In this document: piece after piece, positions 34,087 through 43,427 of the stretch
How the letters are laid out: every line of letters begins with the position of its first letter
Numbering within the stretch: position 1 is the stretch's first letter
Assembly (NCBI GenBank): GCA_009785335.1
Contig: WQWM01000005.1
Location: forward strand, 24,597-88,596
Origin: Oscillospiraceae bacterium
GTDB taxonomy: Bacteria; Bacillota; Clostridia; Oscillospirales; Acutalibacteraceae
Reading direction: 5' to 3'
DNA length: 64,000 nucleotides
The notes under the pieces: model-generated
The model's database searches: none
Seen by the model: only the letters and a program-made list of their open reading frames with translations
Told to the model about the DNA's origin: nothing
Made by a program: the position numbers and the translations under genes

Positions 34087-35172
34087 TTAATAGCGAATTG
34101 GCCGTGCGTCGAGATATTTCTTGACCATGAGTGCCACTTTGAACACAATGGCATCGTCGAACTCACGCAGGTCAAGCCCAGTGAGCTTTTTGATTTTCTC
34201 CAAGCGATACACCAAGGTGTTGCGGTGTACGAACAAGCGGCGTGAGGTTTCGCTCACATTGAGGTTGTTCTCGAAGAATTTTTGGATGGTGAATAGAGTT
34301 TCTTCGTCTAGGCTATCGATGGTGCCGCGCTTGAAGACCTCTTGCAGGAACATGCCGCACAAACGCTTGGGCAGTTGGTAGATCAAGCGGGCAATGCCGA
34401 GGTAATCGTAGCTGATGATTTTCTTTTCGGTGTCAAACACCTTGCCCACTTCAAGGCTCACTTGGGCTTCTTTGAAGGAAGCAGCGAGGTCTTGAATGGT
34501 GGAAACGGTGGTGCCGATGCCAATGTGCGGCTGGGTTTCATATTGTGGGCTAACGGCGTCGGCGATGGAGCGCGCGAGCTTTTCTAGGTCGCGGCCTTCC
34601 ATGTCGGAGCGCAATTCTTTAACCAAGGCGATGTCGGTTTCGCTGATGTTGATGACGAAATCCTTGGCTTTGTCTGGAAACAGCGTTTGCGTGGCGGAAT
34701 ATACGCCTTCGGTGTTGCCATCCACACTGCGGATGAGCAGCACGGCGCGAGGCACTTCGTTGTTGAAGTGCAGTTCACGCGTGCGCAGGTAGATGTCGCC
34801 GGGCAGGATGTTATCGAGGATAACATTTTTGATGAAGTTCAGGCGGTCGTAGCGTTCGCCGGCGAATTCTTCCACGCAGCTGAGCGCCGCTGCACAAAAG
34901 GCTGCGCTTTGCAGGGCATGGTCATCGTCACCTTGCACAAACAAGGCCATGGAGGTGCCGCTTTGGTTGTCGACGCGGCAAAAGGCATTTGCGCCAACGA
35001 TGAGCGGTTCGCTGGTGAGAAACACAGCAGAGAGATTCTCTTTGCGTGTTTCACCCACACGGCTGGAATCACTGCAGGCGAAGACATTGCCTTCTTCGTC
35101 CACGGTGCCGATGCAGCGTTTTGCGGTTTCAGCCAATCTGGGCAACATGCCTTGATAAAGTCGGTTTGACAT
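34087..35172 (-). CDS. PucR/CdaR family transcriptional regulator
   Basis: 361 aa; C-terminal PucR HTH NLNVSETSRRLFVHRNTLVYRLEKIKKLTGLD. Confidence 0.8.
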   Translation of the reverse strand: MSNRLYQGMLPRLAETAKRCIGTVDEEGNVFACSDSSRVGETRKENLSAVFLTSEPLIVGANAFCRVDNQSGTSMALFVQGDDDHALQSAAFCAAALSCVEEFAGERYDRLNFIKNVILDNILPGDIYLRTRELHFNNEVPRAVLLIRSVDGNTEGVYSATQTLFPDKAKDFVINISETDIALVKELRSDMEGRDLEKLARSIADAVSPQYETQPHIGIGTTVSTIQDLAASFKEAQVSLEVGKVFDTEKKIISYDYLGIARLIYQLPKRLCGMFLQEVFKRGTIDSLDEETLFTIQKFFENNLNVSETSRRLFVHRNTLVYRLEKIKKLTGLDLREFDDAIVFKVALMVKKYLDARPIRY

Positions 35173-35454
35173 AGATGCAAACTCTCCTTAATGTCATGAA
35201 GTAGCGATATATAGGTCTGTGGCGGGAATTTTGCGTTGATGCGCTGCCGAAATATGTCAAAACAGCAGTCGCGCGGACGTTAGTACATCCATTATACTAT
35301 AGATGGATCCAAATTGCAAGCCTTTTTTACAAAAAAATTCAATTTGTTTGTGCAATATGTCCAGCCAGCGGTTTAATGCGTGGAAACAGAAGGGGTATAT
35401 AGGGCGATGGATAGAGGCGGGTGACATAGAAGAAGTGTGGCGCAAGAATATTCT

Positions 35455-35542
35455 AAGATTCGGGGGACTATTCTACCCCTGCGGTGCGTATTACGCACCG
35501 CCTTTAGACATATACGGTAGGGCGCACGTGATACGTGCGCAT
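35455..35542. repeat. Fam-G hairpins downstream of RAYT-2
   Basis: GGTGCGTATTACGCACC and GCGCACGTGATACGTGCGC. Confidence 0.7.
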
Positions 35543-35944
35543 TCACATATAAAACTTGTCTTCTTGCCAGCGCGTTGGATTTTCTTGTACATAACGTTTT
35601 GCAGCATGAAAATAATTGGCAGTTGTGATTGCGCTGATGTGTGCGCCATCTTGCCAAAGCGAAAACCCGATGGTTTTTGTTACGGCAGATTTCAGTTGCA
35701 GTATAACGCGGCTGGGTTGAGGATTTTTTTGAAAGTTCATGAAATGCAGCAAGATATGCACGTGGTTTGGCATAATGATATAACAATCCAAGGCGATGGA
35801 AGGATATGCGGTTTCGATTCTCTCTACGCTGCGCCGCACAACTTTGCCGTAGTCAGAAAGCAACATTTTATTATGTTGGATTTTGCCGAGCATCGGTTGT
35901 TTATCCTTCACGCAGAATGTTATAAAATATACTCCGTTGTGCAT
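35543..35944 (-). CDS. RAYT-type Y1 transposase, copy 2 (N-terminally short, diverged)
   Basis: 133 aa; HUH PNHVHILL; ..KRYVQENPTRWQEDKFYM; lacks about 20 N-terminal residues present in copies 1/3; flanked by GYGCGTATTACGCRC hairpins. Confidence 0.65.
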   Translation of the reverse strand: MHNGVYFITFCVKDKQPMLGKIQHNKMLLSDYGKVVRRSVERIETAYPSIALDCYIIMPNHVHILLHFMNFQKNPQPSRVILQLKSAVTKTIGFSLWQDGAHISAITTANYFHAAKRYVQENPTRWQEDKFYM

Positions 35945-35949
35945 ACAAT

Positions 35950-36035
35950 TTTACCTCTGTCGTGGGCGCGTATTACGCGCGCTTTTCGGTGTATGTCGTA
36001 AAGGCGGGACGTATTACGTCCCGTGTTTCCCATAG
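35950..36035. repeat. Fam-G hairpins upstream of RAYT-2
   Basis: GGCGCGTATTACGCGCGC and GGGACGTATTACGTCCC. Confidence 0.7.
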
Positions 36036-36039
36036 CAAG

Positions 36040-37635
36040 TTACCCTTCCAGCTTGTTCCAGTTGCCGCCTGCACGGCGTTGCGCCAACAAAGCGGTGACG
36101 GCCAGCTGCGTTTCGTATTTCGCCAAGGCTGCGGCGTGCAATTTGCAATATTCGCAGTGTTCGCGGTTGAGCATGCAGCAACCGCAACGCGGGCAGGCGG
36201 TTTCGCTGCGGGTGGGCACAGGTTCACCGGCTTCGGCGGCTTTTTCCTCGCGCAGGTCTTTGATGGTGTTGCCGCTGCGGGCGAGATAGGCGTAGACCTC
36301 TTCGGTGGGCATGAAGGCAACCCAGCTTGGCGAATGCTTCACCGGCAGGCCGCCTTGCCTGCGGATTTTGATGTTCACGAGGAGGATTAGCAGATAAGCG
36401 AGCATCAGTCCAATGAGCCCGGCGATGACGAAGGGCTGCGCCACAGGTGGTTCAGTGCTGGTGGTTTCGAAGACAAAGGTGGTGTTGTCACCTGCAGCCA
36501 AGGCAGTGATTTCCCATTCGATTTCGCTGACTTGCACGCCTTCGGGCTGCAAATGCAGCACAGCGCGTTCGGCGGCGGGCAAGGCGTAGTTAGTGAACGC
36601 AATGTTGTAGTTGACATAATCGCCGGGGCGCACATAGCGTCTGGCGAGATAGCCAAAGGCGTCGGCGTCAATGTTGCCGTGTACAGCGGGTTCATCGGTG
36701 TGCACGCGGAAGGAAAGTGTGAGCAAATCGCCGGGGGCCAGTTCGCCAATGTTCCAGATGATGTCGGTGTATATGTTATATCCGTCGTCGGGTTCGATGT
36801 AGTTGAAATCGGGGCGGGCGTTATATGCGGTGCTGGTGGTGCCGCGCGCGAGGATGGTGCCTTCGGGCACAGCCTGACGGAAGGTAAAGTTTTGCAGCGG
36901 GTTCACGCTGGTGCTGACAAGTTCGATGGTGTGGTATTGATAATGACTGCGCCGCACGGGGATGGTGACGAAAGATTGCGAGAGCAGGTGCAGATTGTCG
37001 TCGAATTCAAAGGTTTGCGTGAGGACGACATTGAAGGTTTCGGGCTGATGTTGGCGCAGGCTGAGCGGTTGCACTAAGTTAAATTGCAACAAGGCAACCA
37101 GTGCTAAGGCGGCACAGACGATACCTGCGCCATTGATGATGAGCGACCGACCGAACCATTTTAGGCCACAGCCAAAGGGTTTGCAGATGTTGACAGCCAG
37201 CCAGAGCAAGGGGAATGCAAGCCCGAGCCCCAGCACAAACAGCAGCACCCAGATGTTGCCCGAAAGCAGCGATGCCGGGTCGTCGAAATCCACATAGCGC
37301 AGCATGCTAGGCATGAAATTCTCCATGAAGTCGCCGTCGGCGATAGCGGACAGGATGGCATGCACGGCAAGAGGAATGCCCAACAGGCCCAGCGGCGCAA
37401 AGATTTCCAGATACATACGCAATTTGGCCATGGGCGTGCTGAACAGCGCGGATTTTGCGCGGTCTAGGCGCAGGCTGAAGGCGGTGCTGGCCAGCTCCAC
37501 GTGGTCGGCTTCGTTGGTCAGGCGTTCTTCAATGCGATAAAACTGGATGTTGACGCCGCACTTGGGGCAGGCGGGTTTCCAGTCGGTTAGTTTCAGTTTT
37601 AAGTTACACGCCGGATTGGGGCAGTAAGTTGCCAT
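36040..37635 (-). CDS. membrane protein with N- and C-terminal zinc ribbons and extracytoplasmic DUF11-like repeat
   Basis: Start MATYCPNPACN after AAGGAGTG SD; CPNPAC..CPKC and CPRCG..CEYC; several TMs; LAPGDLLTLSFRV beta-sandwich-like segment. Confidence 0.6.
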   Translation of the reverse strand: MATYCPNPACNLKLKLTDWKPACPKCGVNIQFYRIEERLTNEADHVELASTAFSLRLDRAKSALFSTPMAKLRMYLEIFAPLGLLGIPLAVHAILSAIADGDFMENFMPSMLRYVDFDDPASLLSGNIWVLLFVLGLGLAFPLLWLAVNICKPFGCGLKWFGRSLIINGAGIVCAALALVALLQFNLVQPLSLRQHQPETFNVVLTQTFEFDDNLHLLSQSFVTIPVRRSHYQYHTIELVSTSVNPLQNFTFRQAVPEGTILARGTTSTAYNARPDFNYIEPDDGYNIYTDIIWNIGELAPGDLLTLSFRVHTDEPAVHGNIDADAFGYLARRYVRPGDYVNYNIAFTNYALPAAERAVLHLQPEGVQVSEIEWEITALAAGDNTTFVFETTSTEPPVAQPFVIAGLIGLMLAYLLILLVNIKIRRQGGLPVKHSPSWVAFMPTEEVYAYLARSGNTIKDLREEKAAEAGEPVPTRSETACPRCGCCMLNREHCEYCKLHAAALAKYETQLAVTALLAQRRAGGNWNKLEG

Positions 37636-37839
37636 GATATCCACTCCTTACACCTGCGGTGAGCAAGCTGCTTTGCTTGATCTAATCGCCTGACGTCAAA
37701 CTCTAATAATGTTTAGTCTATTATATCACATAACGCACAAAAAAAGCAAGAAATTTCTTTCATAATTCATAAAAATTTTGCGATACGGGCGCGTTTGCGC
37801 GCGGCTTTGAAAAAACATAGACAATTTGTAAAATTAGCG

Positions 37840-37868
37840 TTGCATCGTTGATGAAAATAGTGTATAAT
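37840..37868 (+). promoter_or_regulatory. promoter TTGCAT-17-TATAAT for 37907 ORF
   Basis: Hexamers read directly. Confidence 0.5.
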
Positions 37869-37906
37869 GAAAGGGTGAAAAAAACGCATGGTGAAGGAGA
37901 TACCAC

Positions 37907-38881
37907 ATGAACTGTCAGTATTGTTTAACCCCAATGGGCAACGGAAAGTTTTGCCCCAGCTGCGGCGCGTCGTCGTCGGCTGCATCATCGCCCCCTGCAT
38001 TTGAGCCTGCACAACCCGAGCAACCACCCGCATGGAACAACGACCCACGCAACGTGAACGTGAACCAGCAACCTGCCTTTGACCAACCGCAACCCGCTTG
38101 GCAAGCGCAACAACCCATGCAACAGCAACCTGCTTGGCAACCGGTGCCTGTGCCGAAACGCCGCCCATTCTATGCGCGGTGGTGGTTTTGGGTGCTGGTG
38201 GTGATCGGCGTGTTATTTGTGATTGGCGTTGTTGTGGGCGGCGGCGAAGGCCTGAGCGAACAAGAACTGGTTGGCCGCTGGGGCTGGGACGAAAATACCA
38301 GCTGGACGTATCAATTTGATGCTGACGGCACGGGTTCGCGTACCCACAATGCTGGCCGGGAACGTTTCTATTGGAGCGTGAGTGGCCGCACATTGCGCAT
38401 TGAGTCGCAAACCAACCGAAACTTGCAGTTTAACAGACGCATTGAACGCTGGACGATGCGCTATAACAATGGCGAACTTTCGCTGAGCTTAGAAGGTACG
38501 ACGTATCGATACATACGCATGGGCGGCGGCGGTGCTAACGTGATTGATGCTGAGCCGACTGTTCCGGCAGAGACAACACCCGCACCAGCAACTGTGACGG
38601 CTGCACAAGTGGTCGGCACTTGGAACTGGGATGAGCACCCCACCTGGCAATATTTCTTTGCGCCGAACGGCGAGGGAACGCGCGGCGGCGGCGGTGCATC
38701 GGTGGAAGAGTTCGCATGGGAAGTGGAAAATGGCGTGCTGTTTATCAACAGCATTGATGGCAGAGCACTGCAATTTGGCGTGGCGAATGAAGAGTGGTCG
38801 GTGCGCATTGCAGACGGTGCGATGACGCTGCGCAGCCGGCAGGCGCAAAACATGGAGTATACTTATTTGCGGGCGGAGTAG
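37907..38881 (+). CDS. zinc-ribbon / PQ-rich / single-TM protein with duplicated extracellular domain
   Basis: MNCQYCLTPMGNGKFCPSCG; Q/P-rich linker; TM WWFWVLVVIGVLFVIGVVV; two GxWxWDE..W.Y.F..(D/N)G.G.R repeats. Confidence 0.6.
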   Translation: MNCQYCLTPMGNGKFCPSCGASSSAASSPPAFEPAQPEQPPAWNNDPRNVNVNQQPAFDQPQPAWQAQQPMQQQPAWQPVPVPKRRPFYARWWFWVLVVIGVLFVIGVVVGGGEGLSEQELVGRWGWDENTSWTYQFDADGTGSRTHNAGRERFYWSVSGRTLRIESQTNRNLQFNRRIERWTMRYNNGELSLSLEGTTYRYIRMGGGGANVIDAEPTVPAETTPAPATVTAAQVVGTWNWDEHPTWQYFFAPNGEGTRGGGGASVEEFAWEVENGVLFINSIDGRALQFGVANEEWSVRIADGAMTLRSRQAQNMEYTYLRAE

Positions 38882-38911
38882 GCTTTGCGCAATGCAGCGA
38901 GCAGCGGAATA

Positions 38912-39075
38912 TGTGCTCCGCACCCCTCCCTCACCCCGCGCGACGCGGGGAGCTCCCTCTACAAGAGGGAGCTGAGGCTTGCTTTTTCAACTTATATCAA
39001 TCAGCAGTGCCTGTAATAGGACATAGCGAAGCGGGAAAAGTTTTTTGCGCAACTTTTTTTCAAAAAAGTTGCAAG
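38912..39075. repeat. Fam-B variant plus Fam-C end with GCAAC-T7-C-A6-GTTGC palindrome
   Basis: Palindrome ends 11 nt before the SGNH hydrolase ATG. Confidence 0.75.
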
Positions 39076-39083
39076 GAGTTCAC

Positions 39084-40004
39084 ATGAAAAAATGGCTTAG
39101 CATATTGCTGTGCGTGGCATTACTATGCGGCGTGTTTGCTGTTGCGGCTTTCAGTCGCAATTGCCCGTGCACGCAAGATGAATATCCCGATGAGCGGCCA
39201 CTGATGGTTGTGCTGGGCGATAGCATTGCCGCAGGCTGGGGTGTGGCGCAGCATGAAAGCGCGGCGGAGATGTTCGCGCGGCAGCATGGCTACCGTCGCG
39301 TGAACTTTGCCTATGCGGGCAATATGTCGCATCGGTTGCGCAATGCTGTGACTTCTGATGAAACGCTGCAAGATTACGTCAGCCGTGCCGAAGTGATTCT
39401 CATCAGCATTGGCGGCAATGATTTCATGCTGGCGGGCAGCTATGGCGACTTGGTGGGCCATGTGATGGATGCGATGCTGCAAGGTGATTTCAGGTTTATG
39501 CAGCCGATGTTGGCTGCTCTTGAGGAAAACTTCGCTGCGATTATCACGCAGGTGCGTGCGCTGAATCCTGATGCCACGGTAATTGTGCAGACGATGTTTA
39601 ACCCCGCGCCGGCGGTGCCTGCGCTATATCGTGCGGCGGGCGTGGCCATTGGTGCGCTCAACGATGTGATGCATGCACAGCATGCGCTTGACCCGGATGC
39701 TTTCGTCATTGCTTGTGTGTACACGGCATTTGCCGGGCGCATTGGTGTGGCACAGCTGGATTTGATTCACCCCAACGCGCGTGGACATCGTGTGATTGTG
39801 CAAGTGCTGGATAATGCCTACCTGAGTACACAGGCGGAAATTCCGCAGTCGTCTTGGTGCGTGTTTACGCGCACGATGCTGCGGCCTGTGCTGTGGCTAG
39901 TGGATGTGCTGGTGATTCAGCTTGGCTTGCGGTTGCTGTGGCCGTTGCTGGGCGGCGGGGCAATGCGGCTGGTGGATGCGATTGTAAATCGATTGATTTT
40001 TTGA
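39084..40004 (+). CDS. SGNH/GDSL hydrolase family protein, secreted
   Basis: Start MKKWLSILLCVALLCGVFAVAA; blocks VVLGDSIAAGWG, GGNDF, DLIHPNARGH; C-terminal hydrophobic tail. Confidence 0.75.
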   Translation: MKKWLSILLCVALLCGVFAVAAFSRNCPCTQDEYPDERPLMVVLGDSIAAGWGVAQHESAAEMFARQHGYRRVNFAYAGNMSHRLRNAVTSDETLQDYVSRAEVILISIGGNDFMLAGSYGDLVGHVMDAMLQGDFRFMQPMLAALEENFAAIITQVRALNPDATVIVQTMFNPAPAVPALYRAAGVAIGALNDVMHAQHALDPDAFVIACVYTAFAGRIGVAQLDLIHPNARGHRVIVQVLDNAYLSTQAEIPQSSWCVFTRTMLRPVLWLVDVLVIQLGLRLLWPLLGGGAMRLVDAIVNRLIF

Positions 40005-40021
40005 AGCTAGAATATATAGTT

Positions 40022-40048
40022 CCGGGCGGATGTTGCATCCGCCCCTAC
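40022..40048. repeat. REP hairpin
   Basis: CCGGGCGGATGTTGCATCCGCCCCTACA. Confidence 0.85.
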
Positions 40049-40105
40049 ATGTTGCGGGTTGATGCAACGTTTCGGAAAACAATCCACTCGAACTTCAATT
40101 AAACA

Positions 40106-40135
40106 CCCCCGTCACGATTTGTGACGGGGGTTTGT
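40106..40135. terminator. hairpin between convergent SGNH-hydrolase and CapA genes
   Basis: CCCCCGTCAC-GATTT-GTGACGGGGG then TTTGTGTT. Confidence 0.6.
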
Positions 40136-40184
40136 GTTATTTTCATGCAAGGCAAGCGAAGCAGCGGAGCTCCACCGCAGGTGG

Positions 40185-41456
40185 TTAGCGAGGAATGACT
40201 GGCGCGAGGGGTTGGCCGTCGAATCCGCCGACGATACGCATCAAGTGCGAGTGGGCGTTGCGGCCGCGTGTGCGCAGATAGGCCGGGGTGACGAACTCGG
40301 GCAACTCGCCGTTGATAATCGGCAGCAGGGCAATGCGATTGGGGGCACCCAAGGTGTTGCCGGTGCGGTCGCGCATGATATAGATAGGCAGCACATCGGC
40401 TTCGCCCAGCACGATGGTGCCGTCGGGGTAGCGGCGCACATTGGCGGTGACCAGCTTGGTGTACTGCGTGCGAGAATCCGGTGGGGTCAGGCGGGTTTGG
40501 TCGGCCAGGAAATTGCCCAGCGAGTAGATAATCAGTCCACGGCTGCCGTCTTCACGGGTGTGCCACTCAATGGGTTGCGGTGTGTGCGAATGATGCCCCA
40601 TGATGATGTCTGCACCGGCTTCGCTGAGCGCGCGGGCAAAGCGCGCCTGTGCTACGGTGGGTTGGTTGACGTACTCCGCGCCCCAGTGCAGCGATACAAT
40701 AATCACTTCGGCGCCGTGTGCCCGCAGGTTGTTCATGTCTGCGACCATGGCGGGAACGCCGTTGGTGACATCGTAGAAGTTAAAGCGGCGGGTGGCGAAG
40801 GTGTGCTGGTGTGCGGTGAGCAGGCTGTCGAGGCCATTGAGGCTTTCGGTGTAGGCGATGATGCCCACCTGCACGCCGTGGACATCGATGACCGAGGGTG
40901 TGTTAAACTGTGCTTCGCTGGAGTACATGCCGGTTGAGGATAACCCTGCGCGGCGGAAGTTATCGACCGTGGCGACGATGCCGGGGAAGCCGCGGTCAAC
41001 CGTGTGGTTGTTGGCGGCGATGAGGTGGTTAAAGCCAGCGTAATCTAGGGCTTCGAGCACCTCGAAGGGCACGTTAAAGCGCGGCCAGGTGGAGATGCGC
41101 GTGTTGTTGCCATAGGCATCCACCGGGGTTTCCATGTTGATGATGTTGAGGTCGCCTTCGCGGATGAAGGGTGCGATGTCACGCAGGAAGGGGCGGAAGT
41201 CGTAGGTGTTGTAGCCCGCTTCGTTTTGACCAACGCGTGCGGCAGCAATGGGGCCGCTGTGCATGAGTGCGTCGCCCGCGAACTGAATGCGGATGTCTAC
41301 CGGTTGTGGTGGAGGTTCGGTGACGGGTTCGGTGGTGGCGTGCGGGACGTAGTCACGCGGGGGGGCGTTGTTGTCGGTGTTGAGCACAAAAAACAGCGTA
41401 AGTGCGATCAACAGTGCGGCCAAGCCGGCCAACAAAGCGATGAGAAACTTTTTCAT
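40185..41456 (-). CDS. CapA family (poly-gamma-glutamate synthesis-type) metallophosphatase
   Basis: Start MKKFLIALLAGLAALLIAL; FAGDALMH.., SLHWGAEY, IMGHHSHTPQPIEW. Confidence 0.8.
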   Translation of the reverse strand: MKKFLIALLAGLAALLIALTLFFVLNTDNNAPPRDYVPHATTEPVTEPPPQPVDIRIQFAGDALMHSGPIAAARVGQNEAGYNTYDFRPFLRDIAPFIREGDLNIINMETPVDAYGNNTRISTWPRFNVPFEVLEALDYAGFNHLIAANNHTVDRGFPGIVATVDNFRRAGLSSTGMYSSEAQFNTPSVIDVHGVQVGIIAYTESLNGLDSLLTAHQHTFATRRFNFYDVTNGVPAMVADMNNLRAHGAEVIIVSLHWGAEYVNQPTVAQARFARALSEAGADIIMGHHSHTPQPIEWHTREDGSRGLIIYSLGNFLADQTRLTPPDSRTQYTKLVTANVRRYPDGTIVLGEADVLPIYIMRDRTGNTLGAPNRIALLPIINGELPEFVTPAYLRTRGRNAHSHLMRIVGGFDGQPLAPVIPR

Positions 41457-41525
41457 GGGGGCTCCTTTGCGCGGGATTTGTTTATAGTATGGGTGGTAAC
41501 AGTGGAAATATTGGGTTAATTGCAA

Positions 41526-41661
41526 TCACCGCGAAGATGGTGTGCGGGTTTGGTCGCTCCGCGAACCTTCCTCACCCCTCGCGGCTCGGGGAGCTCCTTC
41601 CTCAGGAAGGAGCTGGCACGCCTCGGGCGTGACTGAGGAAGGTTCGCGGAGCGAGACCAGT
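41526..41661. repeat. full-length palindromic Fam-B element (23-bp perfect terminal inverted arms)
   Basis: GGTCGCTCCGCGAACCTTCCTCA .. TGAGGAAGGTTCGCGGAGCGAGACC. Confidence 0.85.
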
Positions 41662-42084
41662 TTAAAACGCATGCTCAATCCATTGTATGGCCGCAACTTG
41701 CCCGTTGGGTGCGGTTTCGATGGCAATGACGTCGAAGCGGCTAGGCAGATGAACTGCGTGATGCTGCAAATATGCTTCAGCGGCAGCATGCAATTTTCGT
41801 TGCTTGGCGGGTGTGACGGACTCCGCGCCGCCAACGCGTGCGCCAACCTTGCGCAGTTTGACTTCCACAAACACGAGGCAGTGCTCATTTTGGGCGATGA
41901 GGTCGATCTCGCCCAGACGGGTGCGGAAGTTGCGGGCGATGATGGCATAGCCATGTTGCGCTAAGTGGGCGGCGGCAATATCCTCGCCGAAATTACCGCG
42001 GGCTTGCTTAGTGCACAGCGAAGCGACTTGCCCGCCGCTAGGCGCGCCGAAATTACCGGAGGATTGTTTTGGTGTGGTTGGCAT
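41662..42084 (-). CDS. YraN family (UPF0102) endonuclease-like protein
   Basis: GEDIAAAHLAQHGYAIIARNFRTRLGEIDLIAQNEHCLVFVEVK; start not certain. Confidence 0.7.
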   Translation of the reverse strand: MPTTPKQSSGNFGAPSGGQVASLCTKQARGNFGEDIAAAHLAQHGYAIIARNFRTRLGEIDLIAQNEHCLVFVEVKLRKVGARVGGAESVTPAKQRKLHAAAEAYLQHHAVHLPSRFDVIAIETAPNGQVAAIQWIEHAF

Positions 42085-42097
42085 TTATTCTCCTAGA

Positions 42098-42269
42098 GTG
42101 TGTCTTCAAATAGGCATATTCGCAAAACTTGAAGATAACTGCAACCTGTAGGGGCGGCAATTTTGCCGCCCGGGTTATAAAAAACATGACACCAGTTGAG
42201 GTTTCGGGCGGCAAAATTGCCGCCCCTACATGCTGATTTTAAGCATTTCGTATATTTGAAGACACGCCC
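42098..42269. mobile_element. MITE/REPIN-like composite with ~14-16-bp termini (GTGTGTCTTCAAAT / ATTTGAAGACACGCCC) and inverted REP doublet 42147-42230
   Basis: Read directly; followed by further modules to ~42480 including Fam-F. Confidence 0.75.
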
Positions 42270-42492
42270 TCGAGTGTGTCTTACAAAGATATAGCGTGCG
42301 ATAAGCGGCACTGCAAAGCAACGCCCTACAGGGAATGGGGCCAAAGGCCCTTGTTTCCCGCAGTCCTCGAATCAAAAAAACTTGATATACCAACCCCTCA
42401 GTCACCGCTTTCGCGGTGCCAGCTCCCCTACAGGGGAGCCCTTGGCAACAGCCGAAAGGTTGAGTTTCGTCAGGATCTCTCCTCCTACGCGC

Positions 42493-42708
42493 CTATTGGT
42501 TTACCGATGGATTGTCTGTGCGGCCAACAAGGTAGTCGATGGATACGTCGAAATAATCGGCAAGGGCGATGAGTTTATCATAGCCCGGCTTTTTGTTTGC
42601 GTATTCGTAAATTTGATAGGCGCTTTCGGCGATGCCTAGACCATCAGCAACGTTGCGCTGGGTTAGATTGCGTTCTTTGCGAAGCTGCCTGAGGCGTTGT
42701 GCGTGCAT
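42493..42708 (-). CDS. XRE family HTH transcriptional regulator (71 aa)
   Basis: Start MHAQRLRQLRKERNLTQRNVADGLGIAESAYQIYE; ..DYFDVSIDYLVGRTD. Confidence 0.8.
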   Translation of the reverse strand: MHAQRLRQLRKERNLTQRNVADGLGIAESAYQIYEYANKKPGYDKLIALADYFDVSIDYLVGRTDNPSVNQ

Positions 42709-42742
42709 TAAAGTAGACCTTTCAAAAAAATTGAAAAAACAC

Positions 42743-42771
42743 TTGACACCAAATATTTTATGTGCTATAAT
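42743..42771 (+). promoter_or_regulatory. perfect consensus promoter TTGACA-17-TATAAT, divergent from XRE gene
   Basis: Hexamers read directly; lies in the XRE gene upstream region (likely operator region). Confidence 0.65.
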
Positions 42772-42804
42772 ACACATACAATTTTTGGTGAAAAGGAGAG
42801 CAGT

Positions 42805-42954
42805 ATGCTTGTTGACATCACAAAAGAAGAACTGAACGAAATGCTCGCACAGTGCACAACCGAAGCACTCAACGAATGGCTAGACACCTGCACCAACGAA
42901 GAGCTCGCCATGCTGGTGTGCGTGGCACGAACATTGCGCAAAAGCCGCAACTAA
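42805..42954 (+). CDS. hypothetical 49-aa protein divergent from XRE gene
   Basis: Perfect TTGACA-17-TATAAT promoter and AAAAGGAGAG SD; MLVDITKEELNEMLAQCTTEALNEWLDTCTNEELAMLVCVARTLRKSRN. Confidence 0.4.
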   Translation: MLVDITKEELNEMLAQCTTEALNEWLDTCTNEELAMLVCVARTLRKSRN

Positions 42955-43322
42955 CGCGTGAAGAAAATCAGGAACAGGAAATATAGGTCAAAGGGAATCC
43001 AGATGATATTCCAGCCCATGCGCAGCACCGCACGGGTAGCACTGATTTGCCTTGCGCGGCGCATGTTTATCGTAAGCACAATGAACACCACGCAAACGGC
43101 AAGCGAAGCCAACAGCAGCACAACGCCCAGCGCCGTGGCGTTGTCAACCATCAGACGCATGTAAGTGGAATAGTCGAATTCCGTGATGGCAGAAAGGTCA
43201 GCGCGGCTGAATAGGCGGGAGTAATACAAAATAATCGCACCCACCAGCCCAAAGTCAATCCAGTCGATGATATTGTAGATCTTCTTCAGGTCGATATCGC
43301 GAGAGAGTGGGGTTTGCTCCAA
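42951..43322 (-). CDS. hypothetical three-TM membrane protein (123 aa)
   Basis: Track ORF, hydrophobic segments; no motif recognised. Confidence 0.45.
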   Translation of the reverse strand: MEQTPLSRDIDLKKIYNIIDWIDFGLVGAIILYYSRLFSRADLSAITEFDYSTYMRLMVDNATALGVVLLLASLAVCVVFIVLTINMRRARQISATRAVLRMGWNIIWIPFDLYFLFLIFFTR

Positions 43323-43427
43323 GTTGGTGCCCTCTTTTCGTTAATATAATCTTAGTATAGCACAAGCGAGTGGGCGCAACCAGCGATTTTGGGCGGCAAT
43401 TGTGCAACCATGGGTTGCGAGCGGGCG

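Noticed and set aside
35303-36001. 232-aa plus-strand ORF
   Set aside because: It is antisense to RAYT-2 and runs through the flanking hairpin repeats, with no SD or motif.
40134-40937. 267-aa plus-strand ORF
   Set aside because: It is antisense to the CapA-family gene, a typical high-GC shadow ORF.
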